Positions 19,787 to 29,674 of a DNA stretch of 64,000 bases are shown here, one piece after another. The stretch is from Rhodothermales bacterium. Lineage in GTDB: Bacteria; Bacteroidota; Rhodothermia; Rhodothermales; UBA10348. The translations under genes were made by a program, and so were the position numbers. How positions within the stretch are numbered: position 1 is the stretch's first letter; the number at the start of each line of letters is the position of its first letter. Below the pieces are notes generated by a model that was not told where the DNA came from, ran no database searches, and saw only the letters and a list, made by a program, of their open reading frames with translations. The stretch lies in assembly GCA_028284865.1 (NCBI GenBank), contig JANQQV010000006.1:207775-271774 (forward strand), in the 5' to 3' direction.

Positions 19787-20617
19787 TTATTCACCAAGAG
19801 CGAAGCGGACGAACGTCTTGACGTCAGCGCCAGAGGACTTCAGCATCTCGCCAACCGTCATGGAGGAGTCCTTGACGAAAGGCTGCTCGAGAAGCACGTG
19901 GTCCTTGAAGTAGCGCTCGAGCTTGCCGGTCGCGATGCGATCGACAATCTGCTCAGGCTTGCCTTCTTCGATGGCGGCCTGACGAGCGATCTCCATCTCC
20001 TTCTCCTGAACGTCCTGAGGGACGTCGTCACGGCTCGTGCCGATCGGATTCAGAGCAGCAACCTGCATGGCCACGTCGCGACCAGCAGCTTCGAGGTCGC
20101 CGTCGCCGGAGACATCAACCAACACGCCCAGACGCGCGCCAGGGTGGATGTAGGAAATCACCTGACCACCTTCGCTGGTCATGACAGCCGTACGGCGGAC
20201 ATCGATCTTCTCACCAATCTTGCCCGTCATGTCCGTGAGGGAGTCCTCAACGGTGCGGCCGCTTGCCATCGTGGTGCCCAGGAAGGCAGCACGGTCGGCA
20301 GGCTTGGTAGCCAGTACCAGCTCGGCGAGCTCAGCAGCGTAGGCCTGGAAGTCTTCGTTGCGTGCAACGAAGTCCGTCTCACAGTTTACCTCGACGAGGA
20401 TGGCCGTTGCGCCGCCATCGGTCGTACCGGTGGCAACAACGCCCTCTTTGGCATCGCGATCAGCACGCTTTGCAGCCACTTTCTGGCCTTTGGTGCGGAG
20501 CAGGTCGATGGCAGCATCGAAATCACCGTTCGCTTCCTGGAGTGCTTTTTTGCAATCCATCATGCCGACGCCAGTGGCTTCGCGCAGTTTCTTTACATCA
20601 GCAGCAGAAATCGACAT
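19787..20617 (-). CDS. tsf: Translation elongation factor Ts
   Basis: ORF 19787-20668. The canonical N-terminus MSISAADVKKLREATGVGMMDCKKAL begins at 20617. Confidence 0.95.
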   Translation of the reverse strand: MSISAADVKKLREATGVGMMDCKKALQEANGDFDAAIDLLRTKGQKVAAKRADRDAKEGVVATGTTDGGATAILVEVNCETDFVARNEDFQAYAAELAELVLATKPADRAAFLGTTMASGRTVEDSLTDMTGKIGEKIDVRRTAVMTSEGGQVISYIHPGARLGVLVDVSGDGDLEAAGRDVAMQVAALNPIGTSRDDVPQDVQEKEMEIARQAAIEEGKPEQIVDRIATGKLERYFKDHVLLEQPFVKDSSMTVGEMLKSSGADVKTFVRFALGE

Positions 20618-20724
20618 TTCTCTAATCAGTCTTTGATGATTATCAGCGGCATGAGAGTCCGCTGACAAAAGATTGTTACCGGGACGATGGGACGGGAATC
20701 ACACCCCGATCCACCAGGAAGGAT

Positions 20725-21510
20725 CTAGGCTTCCTCGGAAGCTTCCTTCTTGTCCTGGGCGCGCTTTTCCTTCTCCGCTTTCTGTGCGGCTTCGGCGATT
20801 TCGCGCTCTTTCTTGCCTTCGTTGACGGCGCCGGCAATGACGCTCGTGATCAGATCGATCGACTTGAGGGCATCGTCGTTGGCCGGGATCGGGAAGTCGA
20901 CCACGTCTGGATCACAGTTGGTGTCCACGATGGCGATGATCGGAATACCGAGACGCTGTGCTTCCTTGACGGCAATGTGCTCACGGTTGATGTCCACGAT
21001 GAACAGGGCGCCAGGCACACGGGCCATGTCCTTGATACCGGAGAGCGTCTTCTCAAGCTTCTCGCGCTCACGGGACTTCATGAGGCGCTCTTTCTTCTTG
21101 AGGACCTCCATCGTGCCATCTTCTTCCATCTTCGCCAGCTCTTCCATGCGACGGATGGAGCGACGGATGGTCTGGAAGTTGGTCAGCGTACCACCGAGCC
21201 AGCGCTCAACGACGTACGGCGAACCACACTCCGTAGCATGCTTGCGGATGATGTCGCGAGCCTGCTTCTTCGTGCCTGTGAAGAGGATTCGCTTGCCACG
21301 ACGCGTGAAGAGAGCAGCCGCTTCAGCTGCTTCGTCCAGGTAGGACTGCGTGTGGTTCAGGTTGATGATGTGGATCCCGTTGCGCTCCATGAAGATGTGG
21401 TTGCGCATTTTGGGGTTCCACCGGCTGGTCAGGTGACCGAAGTGGGTGCCTGCCTTCAGCAGGTCTTCGATCGACGCGCGATGCGCCGACTGTTCTTTGC
21501 TTTCGCTCAT
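20725..21510 (-). CDS. rpsB: 30S ribosomal protein S2
   Basis: 261 aa. LLKAGTHFGH and the rest are S2-typical, with an acidic/lysine-rich tail. Confidence 0.97.
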   Translation of the reverse strand: MSESKEQSAHRASIEDLLKAGTHFGHLTSRWNPKMRNHIFMERNGIHIINLNHTQSYLDEAAEAAALFTRRGKRILFTGTKKQARDIIRKHATECGSPYVVERWLGGTLTNFQTIRRSIRRMEELAKMEEDGTMEVLKKKERLMKSREREKLEKTLSGIKDMARVPGALFIVDINREHIAVKEAQRLGIPIIAIVDTNCDPDVVDFPIPANDDALKSIDLITSVIAGAVNEGKKEREIAEAAQKAEKEKRAQDKKEASEEA

Positions 21511-21605
21511 TGTTTTGATCGGGTTGATCCGCTACACCCTTCTCGCACCTGCCGAAATCACGATCGAAATCGTGATCACCCCGGCCGGTATCCGGATGTA
21601 TGTGT

Positions 21606-21642
21606 GATAAAGAAACCGGATGGCGCGGGTGCACCATCCGGT
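21606..21642 (-). terminator. Intrinsic terminator after rplM-rpsI
   Basis: Minus-strand hairpin ACCGGATGG-N10-CCATCCGGT followed by TTCTTTATC. Confidence 0.65.
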
Positions 21643-21655
21643 CGGAAGAAGTCGA

Positions 21656-22057
21656 TTAACGCTTCGAGAACTGGAAACGCTTGCGAGCCTTGGGCTGTCC
21701 GTACTTCTTACGCTCGACCATACGTGGGTCACGCGTCATGAAGCCGGCATCGCGCAGCGGTTTCTTCAGTTCGTCGTTGAAGGTGACCAGCGCACGGGAA
21801 ATGCCGAGGCGGATGGCCTCTGCCTGTCCCGTCATGCCGCCGCCGCGTGTATTGACGACTACATCAAACTGTCCTTCCGTCTCGGTGACTTTGAAAGGAG
21901 AGGTGACGGCCGTCTGGCGCCAAACGGTCGGGAAGTACTCGGTGTAGTCACGCTTGTTGACTACGATCTTGCCGGAGCCGTTCGGGCGCAGGTAGACGCG
22001 GGCGACCGCATTCTTGCGGCGACCTACTGCGTTGAACTGTGTGAGGGCTGTTGCCAT
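21656..22057 (-). CDS. rpsI: 30S ribosomal protein S9
   Basis: 133 aa. GGGMTGQAEAIRLGISRAL, ending in KRFQFSKR. Confidence 0.97.
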   Translation of the reverse strand: MATALTQFNAVGRRKNAVARVYLRPNGSGKIVVNKRDYTEYFPTVWRQTAVTSPFKVTETEGQFDVVVNTRGGGMTGQAEAIRLGISRALVTFNDELKKPLRDAGFMTRDPRMVERKKYGQPKARKRFQFSKR

Positions 22058-22094
22058 GACAGATGGTTATTTCGGTTACTCGGGGAGAGCGCGA

Positions 22095-22538
22095 TTAGAG
22101 CTCAAGCGGCTGAGGCTGCTGAGCTTCGTGAGGATGCTCGCTGCCGGCATAGACCTTGAGCTTGCGGAACATCTCGCGACCCAGAACTCCTTTCGGGAGC
22201 ATTCCTTTCACGGCATTCTGTACCATGAAGGTGGGCTTGCTTTCGCGCACCTCTTTCGGAGTGCGAACGCGACCACCACCCGGGTAACCGGTATGGCGGA
22301 AGTACTCTTTGTCAGTCTCTTTCTGACCGGTGAAGCGCACTTTGTCAGCATTGATGACAATCACGAAGTCACCACAATCCACGTGGGGCGTGAAGTTGGG
22401 CTTGTGCTTGCCACGAAGGATGCTGGCGATTTCGGAAGCGAGGCGACCGACAACCTTGTTGTCGGCATCGACCACGTACCAGGCACGCTCGATGTCGGCC
22501 GATTTGGCGCTGACTGTTTTGAAGCTGTTGATGTCCAT
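22095..22538 (-). CDS. rplM: 50S ribosomal protein L13
   Basis: 147 aa. ERAWYVVDA..., L13-typical throughout. Confidence 0.97.
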   Translation of the reverse strand: MDINSFKTVSAKSADIERAWYVVDADNKVVGRLASEIASILRGKHKPNFTPHVDCGDFVIVINADKVRFTGQKETDKEYFRHTGYPGGGRVRTPKEVRESKPTFMVQNAVKGMLPKGVLGREMFRKLKVYAGSEHPHEAQQPQPLEL

Positions 22539-22821
22539 CGGGACTCGGGAAGCGTTATGGGGAGAAAACTCCCGTTATTCACTGTCCGGCGTGATGACAG
22601 TCTGCCATCGGTGGGGTGCCGGAAAAAAGACGCAGACCGCTAAAATACGACGATTGTCTGCGTTGGTCAATCACTCCTTGATTCAAAAGGCCCTCTCACA
22701 CGTCTCAGCGGCCTTTTTGTGTCCCATCCGCCCTCTCAAAGCGTCAAAACCCGCATTCTTCCACCAATCTTGAAATAACCCCCTGTACGCTCTGGGGGCA
22801 TTCAGATACCTATGGAGGCAA

Positions 22822-24117
22822 GTGAATGCACCCATCGAAACCATGAAACACGTCGTCATCATAGGAGGTGGCTTCGCCGGCCTCACCGCCGCCAAGAATC
22901 TTGGCTCGCAGGAAGGCATCCGCGTCACCCTCGTGGACAAGCAGAATCACCACCTGTTTCAGCCCCTGCTCTACCAGGTGGCGATGGCGGGTTTGTCGCC
23001 CGCCGACATTGCCGTGCCCATCCGAAGCCTGCTGGCCAAGTACCGGAACACGTCCGTATTGAAAGCCACGGTGACAAATGTCGAGTTCGATCGTCAGGTT
23101 GTCGTCACGGATACAGGCGAACTGGAATACGACTACCTGTTGATTGCTGCCGGCGCGATTCCAGCCTACTTCGGAAATGACGAATGGCAGGTGTATGCCC
23201 CCGGACTGAAAACCATTTCCCAGGCAACGGAGATCCGGCGTCGCATGCTCGATGCCTTCGAACGTGCCGAGCGTACGCAGGATGTCGAAGAGCAGAAACG
23301 ACTGTTGACCTTTGTCGTCATCGGAGGCGGGCCGACTGGTGTAGAGCTGGCTGGGGCGCTTGGAGAAATGAGCCGATACACGCTGGCGTGCGACTTTCGC
23401 AATGTCGACGTGCGGCTTGCTCGTGTGATCCTCATTGAAGGGGGTGATCGCATCCTTCCGTCGTTTGTCGACAAGCACACTGCACGCGCTGCCCGCGATC
23501 TGGAGCGCCTTGGCGTTCAGGTCTGGACCAACAGCATGGTCACCGGAATCGATGAGGATGGCGTCTCGCTCGGCTCCGAGCGACTCCGGACCGCCACGGT
23601 CATCTGGGCCGCCGGTGTACAGGGCGTTCGCATGGGATTTGATGCGGATGTCTCCACGGATCGAACGGGTCGCATTCTCGTGAATGACGAGCTGACCATC
23701 GAGGGGCGTCCCAACGTTTTTGTCGCCGGCGACCTTTCGCGACTGGACCGTGACGCCGAGCCTCTTCCCGGGACGGCCCCGGTTGCCATGCAGCAGGGGA
23801 AATACGTGGCAGCAGCCATCAAGGCAGATCGCGATGGCAAGCCCCGTTCAGCGTTCAAGTTCGTTGATCGCGGTCAGATGGCCACGATCGGGCGCAACAG
23901 TGCCGTTGTGGAGATGGGTCCCATCCACTTTTCAGGCTTCCTTGCCTGGTTGGCCTGGCTTGTCGTTCACATCTATTTCCTTGTCGGATTCAAGAACCGC
24001 CTGTTCGTGATTGCCGGCTGGGCCTGGTCCTGGTTCACCTTCCGTCGTGGCGCACGATTGATCGTCGACAGGAACTGGTTATTGGAGAATCCGGTGCCTG
24101 AAAAGGCATTGAACTGA
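22822..24117 (+). CDS. ndh: Type II NADH:quinone oxidoreductase (NDH-2)
   Basis: 431 aa. Two dinucleotide folds, VVIIGGGFAGL and VVIGGGPTGVELAG. GGAGG lies 7 nt upstream of ATG 22822. Confidence 0.88.
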   Translation: MNAPIETMKHVVIIGGGFAGLTAAKNLGSQEGIRVTLVDKQNHHLFQPLLYQVAMAGLSPADIAVPIRSLLAKYRNTSVLKATVTNVEFDRQVVVTDTGELEYDYLLIAAGAIPAYFGNDEWQVYAPGLKTISQATEIRRRMLDAFERAERTQDVEEQKRLLTFVVIGGGPTGVELAGALGEMSRYTLACDFRNVDVRLARVILIEGGDRILPSFVDKHTARAARDLERLGVQVWTNSMVTGIDEDGVSLGSERLRTATVIWAAGVQGVRMGFDADVSTDRTGRILVNDELTIEGRPNVFVAGDLSRLDRDAEPLPGTAPVAMQQGKYVAAAIKADRDGKPRSAFKFVDRGQMATIGRNSAVVEMGPIHFSGFLAWLAWLVVHIYFLVGFKNRLFVIAGWAWSWFTFRRGARLIVDRNWLLENPVPEKALN

Positions 24118-24227
24118 ATTCCTGTCGGAGAATCACCGATATTAGATGACATGTTCGCGCGGTGTTTTCAGGAGACTGTTCGCCGTAAGATGCACATTCG
24201 TTCTCTGCATCCAATCGACCTAATTCG

Positions 24228-24908
24228 ATGAAACATGTTATCGCCGTCGTGGCGCTGATGCTGCTTTTCACCGGCTCAGCTGACGGCCAGAACCTGGGTA
24301 TCGGCCTGCGGGCAGGTACAACCGGTGTCGGTGCCGACGTCGCATTCAATCTGACCCGCAAGCTGAACGTACGAGGTCACTTCTCGACGTTCTCCTACGG
24401 CTATACGGAGTCCACTACAAGCCAGGACCCCAATCTGTCCGTGGACGCCGAAGCCGGAATAGGAGCCATCGCCGGCATGATTGATTTCCACCCGTTCGGC
24501 AACTCGTTTCGCCTGACAGTGGGAGCGGGCCAGAACAACTTTGATGTCACGGGTACGGGCACGTCGCTCGACAGCGTCTGTATGGGTGATGAGGACGGGG
24601 CCGGCAACTGTTTGGGCAAAGAGTTTTCACCGGACAAGCTGGGCAGCCTGCGCGCCAACGTCTCCTATCCGTCTGCCATCCAGCCTTACATGGGTATTGG
24701 CTTCGGAAATCTAGCGCGTGGTCGTTCCGTGATCACCTTCTTGTTGGACATCGGGGCCTTTTACACCGGCGCTCCGGAAATCGACCTTCAGAATGATGGC
24801 CTTTTCCGTCCAACCACCGACCCCGACAACGTCCAGGTGCTCAATGACGGTCTCGAGTCATTTGTCTGGTACCCCGTGCTCACGCTTGGTGTTGGAATCC
24901 GGATCTGA
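24228..24908 (+). CDS. Putative outer-membrane beta-barrel protein
   Basis: 226 aa. Signal peptide MKHVIAVVALMLLFTGSADGQ, alternating amphipathic strands, and an aromatic/hydrophobic C-terminus (...LTLGVGIRI). Confidence 0.7.
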   Translation: MKHVIAVVALMLLFTGSADGQNLGIGLRAGTTGVGADVAFNLTRKLNVRGHFSTFSYGYTESTTSQDPNLSVDAEAGIGAIAGMIDFHPFGNSFRLTVGAGQNNFDVTGTGTSLDSVCMGDEDGAGNCLGKEFSPDKLGSLRANVSYPSAIQPYMGIGFGNLARGRSVITFLLDIGAFYTGAPEIDLQNDGLFRPTTDPDNVQVLNDGLESFVWYPVLTLGVGIRI

Positions 24909-24953
24909 TCCGGCTCCTGAACCCCGCACACATTCTCTTCAGCGCATTCCAAC

Positions 24954-26696
24954 ATGAATCGGTTCTCCATGCTCCGCTCAACACTATTCATGGCCGCCGC
25001 GTTTGCGATCCTGCTTTCAGGATGCGACTTCCAGGCTGCAGAAGATGCCTTTGACGACTTTCAGATCGTGATTGGTCTGGATCCGATCAACTCCCCGGTT
25101 TCGGGGGTCGTCTATGATCAGTCCAGTGGTCAGCCCATCGACGCAACGCTGACCTTTGGTGGCAGTGGGGCCTCGTCCCTTATCGACGCCTACTCTGACC
25201 CCCTTCGCTCTTCGGTCCAAGTAGAGAACGGCACCATCACGATGGGTCTGGCGAACTCCGTGACGCCGACCGAGGGTACTCCATTCACCTTCACCGTTAC
25301 GGCAGAGGCGCCGGGGTACTATTCCCGAACGCGAACCGTGACGGCTACCGAAGTCGGTTCCGTCGAATTCGAGGTGGTTATGGTTCGAGCCGCTGATGGC
25401 AATAGCACGATTCAGGGCACTTCTTCAGCACAGAGTTCGGTACAGACCAACAATTCGGGCGCTGTTCAGCAGACGACGACGGTCCAGACGCAGGCAGACG
25501 GCCAAAACAATGCGCAAGCGACTGCTACCGCTGTTTTCCCGATCGGAAGCGTGCCAGTCAGCGCCAATGGCACCCCAATCTCGGGCAACCTGCAAACACA
25601 GATTCGTGCCTACGATCCTGGCCAGGGAGCAAGCAGTCTTCCGCAAGGGGCGACGATGACCGGCTCCGGTTCCAATCAACCTGTGGTGGGCGGCGTGTTT
25701 TTCCTGATGTCGGCAGGTCCGGGCAACGTGGTAGCCAACTTCACGGGTTCCGGGTCGGGCAAAGGTGCTGGAGCCTGTACGGACGCGGGCGGCGTATTCG
25801 AACTGGCCATTGCGGTGACGGATGCGGCCACGGTAGCCGCCGTGCAGGCCCTCGGCTCAGTCAATGCACAGGTTTGGGGCTTCACGCCTGCGGACGGCGC
25901 CAACAACCAGTTGGGGTCAACCGTTCTGACCACCAATGGCGGCGTGGTTGAAGGCATCGTTTGCGTCGGCGGCACGCTGGGCAATGTGGATCTGAACAAT
26001 CTCGGAAACACGAATGAAGGTGTGTTCTTCACGCTCGTGCTGCCTCCGAGCGTCGGATCCCTGGCGGCGCTGAATCACTCTTTGACGGTATCCAATGCCT
26101 CGGCGGCTGCTGTCGCTGGCACCATTTCCCTGCAGGGTCCTGGTGTCTATGCCACGCGCAACCTGACCTTCCCTTCCAGCACCACGACCCGCTCATTGGC
26201 GAACTGGCTGGGAGTGAGTGGGGACTACTTCATCGTTTCTGGTGCTACGTACACGATCAGCATCCAGGTTGATGGAGGCAATCCGACAACGGCCACCACG
26301 GCCGACCCCTCATCGGGTTCATCCACGATCAATCTGAGCGTTCCATCCACTGCGACGACCTATACGGTCAACGCTTCATTCGAGTGTGCCTCAGGAACGT
26401 TCGACGTGGCTGTTTCCGAAAGTAGTCTGGATGGCGTGAGCGTCTTTTACAGACGATTGCCGAACGGTCAGCCGCGTGTCATTCCCAACGATGACAGCGT
26501 GACCAAGGAGACCGATCAGAGCACCTACATCCGCGTGTCCACACAGCTGTCGGCCATCGCAGGCGAGACCTATCTCGTCACCGGTGTCCTCGACAATGAA
26601 AGCGCGGACGTTGAGGTGACAGCTCCCGTTGGTACCACAACATGGGAAATCTCACTCGATTCAGACGATGTCGGAGTTGGGTGCTCGGTTGACTGA
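24954..26696 (+). CDS. Large Thr/Ser/Gly/Ala-rich lipoprotein, function unknown
   Basis: 580 aa. Lipobox AILLSGCDF. The N-terminal segment resembles a CarboxypepD_reg/Ig-like fold (GVVYDQSSGQPIDATLTF...). No catalytic motif recognised. Confidence 0.7.
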   Translation: MNRFSMLRSTLFMAAAFAILLSGCDFQAAEDAFDDFQIVIGLDPINSPVSGVVYDQSSGQPIDATLTFGGSGASSLIDAYSDPLRSSVQVENGTITMGLANSVTPTEGTPFTFTVTAEAPGYYSRTRTVTATEVGSVEFEVVMVRAADGNSTIQGTSSAQSSVQTNNSGAVQQTTTVQTQADGQNNAQATATAVFPIGSVPVSANGTPISGNLQTQIRAYDPGQGASSLPQGATMTGSGSNQPVVGGVFFLMSAGPGNVVANFTGSGSGKGAGACTDAGGVFELAIAVTDAATVAAVQALGSVNAQVWGFTPADGANNQLGSTVLTTNGGVVEGIVCVGGTLGNVDLNNLGNTNEGVFFTLVLPPSVGSLAALNHSLTVSNASAAAVAGTISLQGPGVYATRNLTFPSSTTTRSLANWLGVSGDYFIVSGATYTISIQVDGGNPTTATTADPSSGSSTINLSVPSTATTYTVNASFECASGTFDVAVSESSLDGVSVFYRRLPNGQPRVIPNDDSVTKETDQSTYIRVSTQLSAIAGETYLVTGVLDNESADVEVTAPVGTTTWEISLDSDDVGVGCSVD

Positions 26697-26828
26697 TCGG
26701 CAACGACAAACAACAAAGTTTTCCACAATGAGGATGTAGCGGCGTTCGATTCTGGACCCTCACGTTTCTGTACATGAGCAGCCCACGGACACTTCCGTGG
26801 ACCCAATCACCCCGGCCCACGCCTGCTC

Positions 26829-27476
26829 ATGTCCTACAAAATCGAACTCACCTCGCTGGAGTCCCTGGCTGCGAAGCTGCCGTTCTCGATGGATGAAGCC
26901 CATCGTGTGAACGAGACCTTCGCGGCGTACATGCTCTCGAACCAGGCTGATGACAAACGTCTCATCGACCTGTGGACCTATTGCTTCGTCAGGCGCTATT
27001 TCCTGATCAAGTTCATCCGGGACCCTCGGTTTCGCGCCAGTGAGCTGGACCATCTCGTCGAGGCGACCTATCGGAAGGTGGAGCGGGCCCGGACTTCGAT
27101 TACCCATCACCATCGCTACGCCCAATGGGTGAGCGTAGTGTGTAGAAACACGTTCGTCAACTTCATTGCACGGCGCAAGTCCGTGACAGGTTTGCAGCGT
27201 CATCATGATGTAGCGCTGCCACCCGCAATCGAAGACGACATGGAGGTGAACGCAGCTGCGATTCATGCCTCTCTGCTCCATGCCATCGCACAGCTTCCGC
27301 CTTTCCTTCAGGCGACCGCCCGCATGCGATTCGTCGAGAACCTCTCCAATGAGGAAATCGGTCGCATCATTGGAAAAAGGGCGGCAACTGTCCGGGCATA
27401 TGTCCACAAGATCTGCAAACGCTTTCGCCGTGATCCCGGGTTGCGTGCGTGGGCCGATCACCTGCTAAGGCCATGA
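26829..27476 (+). CDS. Divergent sigma-70-family (ECF-like) RNA polymerase sigma factor
   Basis: 215 aa. Region-2-like YAQWVSVVCRNTFVNFIARRK and region-4 HTH LSNEEIGRIIGKRAATVRAYVHKICKRF. The N-terminal part is unusually long. Confidence 0.75.
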   Translation: MSYKIELTSLESLAAKLPFSMDEAHRVNETFAAYMLSNQADDKRLIDLWTYCFVRRYFLIKFIRDPRFRASELDHLVEATYRKVERARTSITHHHRYAQWVSVVCRNTFVNFIARRKSVTGLQRHHDVALPPAIEDDMEVNAAAIHASLLHAIAQLPPFLQATARMRFVENLSNEEIGRIIGKRAATVRAYVHKICKRFRRDPGLRAWADHLLRP

Positions 27477-28444
27477 CACACACCATAAACAGGTTACGAT
27501 CAATGATGTCCTGGGTCTTTACAGAGGAGCGCTCCTCGACTTTCAAGAACACGTCCACAGGTCGCAATGCCCGTATGATTCATTCTCTTATTCAACTGGT
27601 CCTCAGGGTTACCGGACAGAGTCGACCAACCGTCTCGCATCAAGACAGAGTTCTTCAGGCGACAAGATTCTTTGCTGACCCGGAGATGGACGACGAATTG
27701 ATGGCCTTGCGGGCCAGCATGCGAGGTCAACGAACATCCGTCCCTGCTGTCTTGCGCAATGAGCTGGATCGATTCGAAAACCGATTGGATCGCGATGAAG
27801 GGCGGAAAGAGCATCTTCGGAGAGTCGAATTGAGGATGCTGGAATTGGATTCGGGCGACGCTGCTGCTCACTTCGAACGCCTCAGTGGCCATTCACTGGA
27901 TGACTTTCCGGTTGATCACTCCTTTGACAGCGCAAAGAGAAGAAAACGGACCAGGAAGCGTTCCGCGCCGTTGCGCTCAGCCGCGGCCCGAGAGCACTCC
28001 CGCTCGATGGTCACCGCATTGGTGGTGCTGTTCTGCGTTCTCGTAGTGGGGTCGTATCAATCCGACTCCTTGTCAGGAGTCGCGGCCAAGACTGCCGAGT
28101 CCGAATCCATTCTGTTTGGCAATCTGGGCGAGACCTCGAGAGGATACATGGATCCCGAAGTCGAGCGTCGCAGGGTGGAGATCCGAGAGGCACTACGCTG
28201 GATCGATGCTTCCCGGACGACGGTGCTTGGTTTTCACACGGGATATGATCCGACCAAGCTGGCTCGCGCTGAGGAACTGATCGGCAAGGCCATACGCGAA
28301 TGGACGCCCGTCGAACCCGTGCCGCCCATTCTGAGGCAACTTCAGGCGGACATACACACGGTTCTCAACCCGCGTTTGTCACGGGACGATACGCGGCTGC
28401 TTGTCATGTCGCCTGCAGAGTTTCTGGGCGAAATCGACTTCTAA
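27473..28444 (+). CDS. Putative single-pass membrane anti-sigma factor (non-canonical)
   Basis: ORF 27449-28444. ATG 27473 overlaps the sigma stop as ATGA. One TM helix (MVTALVVLFCVLVVGSY). No zf-HC2 Cys/His motif. The role is inferred from position only. Confidence 0.5.
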   Translation: MTHTINRLRSMMSWVFTEERSSTFKNTSTGRNARMIHSLIQLVLRVTGQSRPTVSHQDRVLQATRFFADPEMDDELMALRASMRGQRTSVPAVLRNELDRFENRLDRDEGRKEHLRRVELRMLELDSGDAAAHFERLSGHSLDDFPVDHSFDSAKRRKRTRKRSAPLRSAAAREHSRSMVTALVVLFCVLVVGSYQSDSLSGVAAKTAESESILFGNLGETSRGYMDPEVERRRVEIREALRWIDASRTTVLGFHTGYDPTKLARAEELIGKAIREWTPVEPVPPILRQLQADIHTVLNPRLSRDDTRLLVMSPAEFLGEIDF

Positions 28445-28475
28445 GACGCACAATACCGAGAGAAACGTCCGCAGA

Positions 28476-29597
28476 TCAGGCGTACGTATTGAGCATCACC
28501 GGCATGATGAGCATCATCATCGTTTCGCCTTCCTTCTGGTTGGCGGGCGTGACGACACCAGCACGGTTGGGAGAGGAGAATTCGAAGAGGACATCTTCCG
28601 CGTCCACATTCGAGAGGACTTCCGTCAGGTACGTCGCATTGAATCCAATGACGAGCGCATCACCATCGTAGTCGCAAGAGACTGTTTCGTTGGCCGCGCT
28701 GGCACGCTCGAGGTCCTCGGCAGAAATGACCACCTTGTCGGACTCGACCGAAAGACGGATCTGATTCGTCATCGTCGATGAGTAGAGGGCCACGCGCTTG
28801 ACCGCGGCGAGCATCGTGTCCTTGTTGGCTGTCATCTTCTTGTCGTTGTCGACCGGGATGACTGCCTGGTAATTCGGATACGGCTCATCGATGAGGCGGG
28901 CGAGTACGCGCGAGTCGCCGAAGTCGAATCCGGCGTATCCACTGTCTACAGTCAGCGTGCACTCATCGTCCGTGGCCACCTTGGCAGCCAAGGAAACAGC
29001 TTTTTCGGGGACGATGAAGTCCATGTCCTCGGTGGCGCCCAGGTTTTCAAGCTGCAGCTTGACAAGGCGATGACCGTCTGTGGCCACGGCTTTGCCGGAC
29101 TCGCGACCGATCTGGAAATAGATCCCCATCATGGCCGGGCGCAGGGCATCTCGGCTCACGGCGAAGCTCGTCTTCGTGATGGCCCGCTTGAGCAGCGCAC
29201 CATCGGTCTGGACCGAGACGGATTCGCTGAGCTCGGGAAGCGCCGGATAATCGGCCCCATCGTGGCCCACCATCTTGTAGTGACCCTTGTCGGTGTCGAG
29301 CGCTACGTTGAACTCGGTATCAGCGGCAAAACGAACCGGTACGTTCGGAAGGGCTCGCAACGTGTCGACCAGGCGCTTGGCCGGAACGGCCACACGCGAA
29401 GGACCATCCACCTCGACGGCAACGTCGATCTTCTGGACGATGGAGATTTCCAGATCCGTTGCGCTCAAGCGCAGACGGCCGGCTTCTTCCTCGAAAAGGA
29501 TGCACTCCAGGATCGGAAGCGTGCTTTTCGTGGGGACAGCCCCGGAAACAGTTTGAAGAGCCTTGAGAAGTTCAGCGCTTGAAGCGGCGAATTTCAT
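28476..29597 (-). CDS. dnaN: DNA polymerase III beta sliding clamp
   Basis: 373 aa. MKFAASSAELLKALQTVSGAVPTKSTLPILECILFE... is typical DnaN, and the gene lies directly downstream of dnaA. Confidence 0.95.
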   Translation of the reverse strand: MKFAASSAELLKALQTVSGAVPTKSTLPILECILFEEEAGRLRLSATDLEISIVQKIDVAVEVDGPSRVAVPAKRLVDTLRALPNVPVRFAADTEFNVALDTDKGHYKMVGHDGADYPALPELSESVSVQTDGALLKRAITKTSFAVSRDALRPAMMGIYFQIGRESGKAVATDGHRLVKLQLENLGATEDMDFIVPEKAVSLAAKVATDDECTLTVDSGYAGFDFGDSRVLARLIDEPYPNYQAVIPVDNDKKMTANKDTMLAAVKRVALYSSTMTNQIRLSVESDKVVISAEDLERASAANETVSCDYDGDALVIGFNATYLTEVLSNVDAEDVLFEFSSPNRAGVVTPANQKEGETMMMLIMPVMLNTYA

Positions 29598-29674
29598 GAT
29601 GGTTACCGACGGTTTATCAGGATTCTCGAAGATACCAAACCGGGGGTACCGATTGCCACCGCCCGAAGCCCTTT

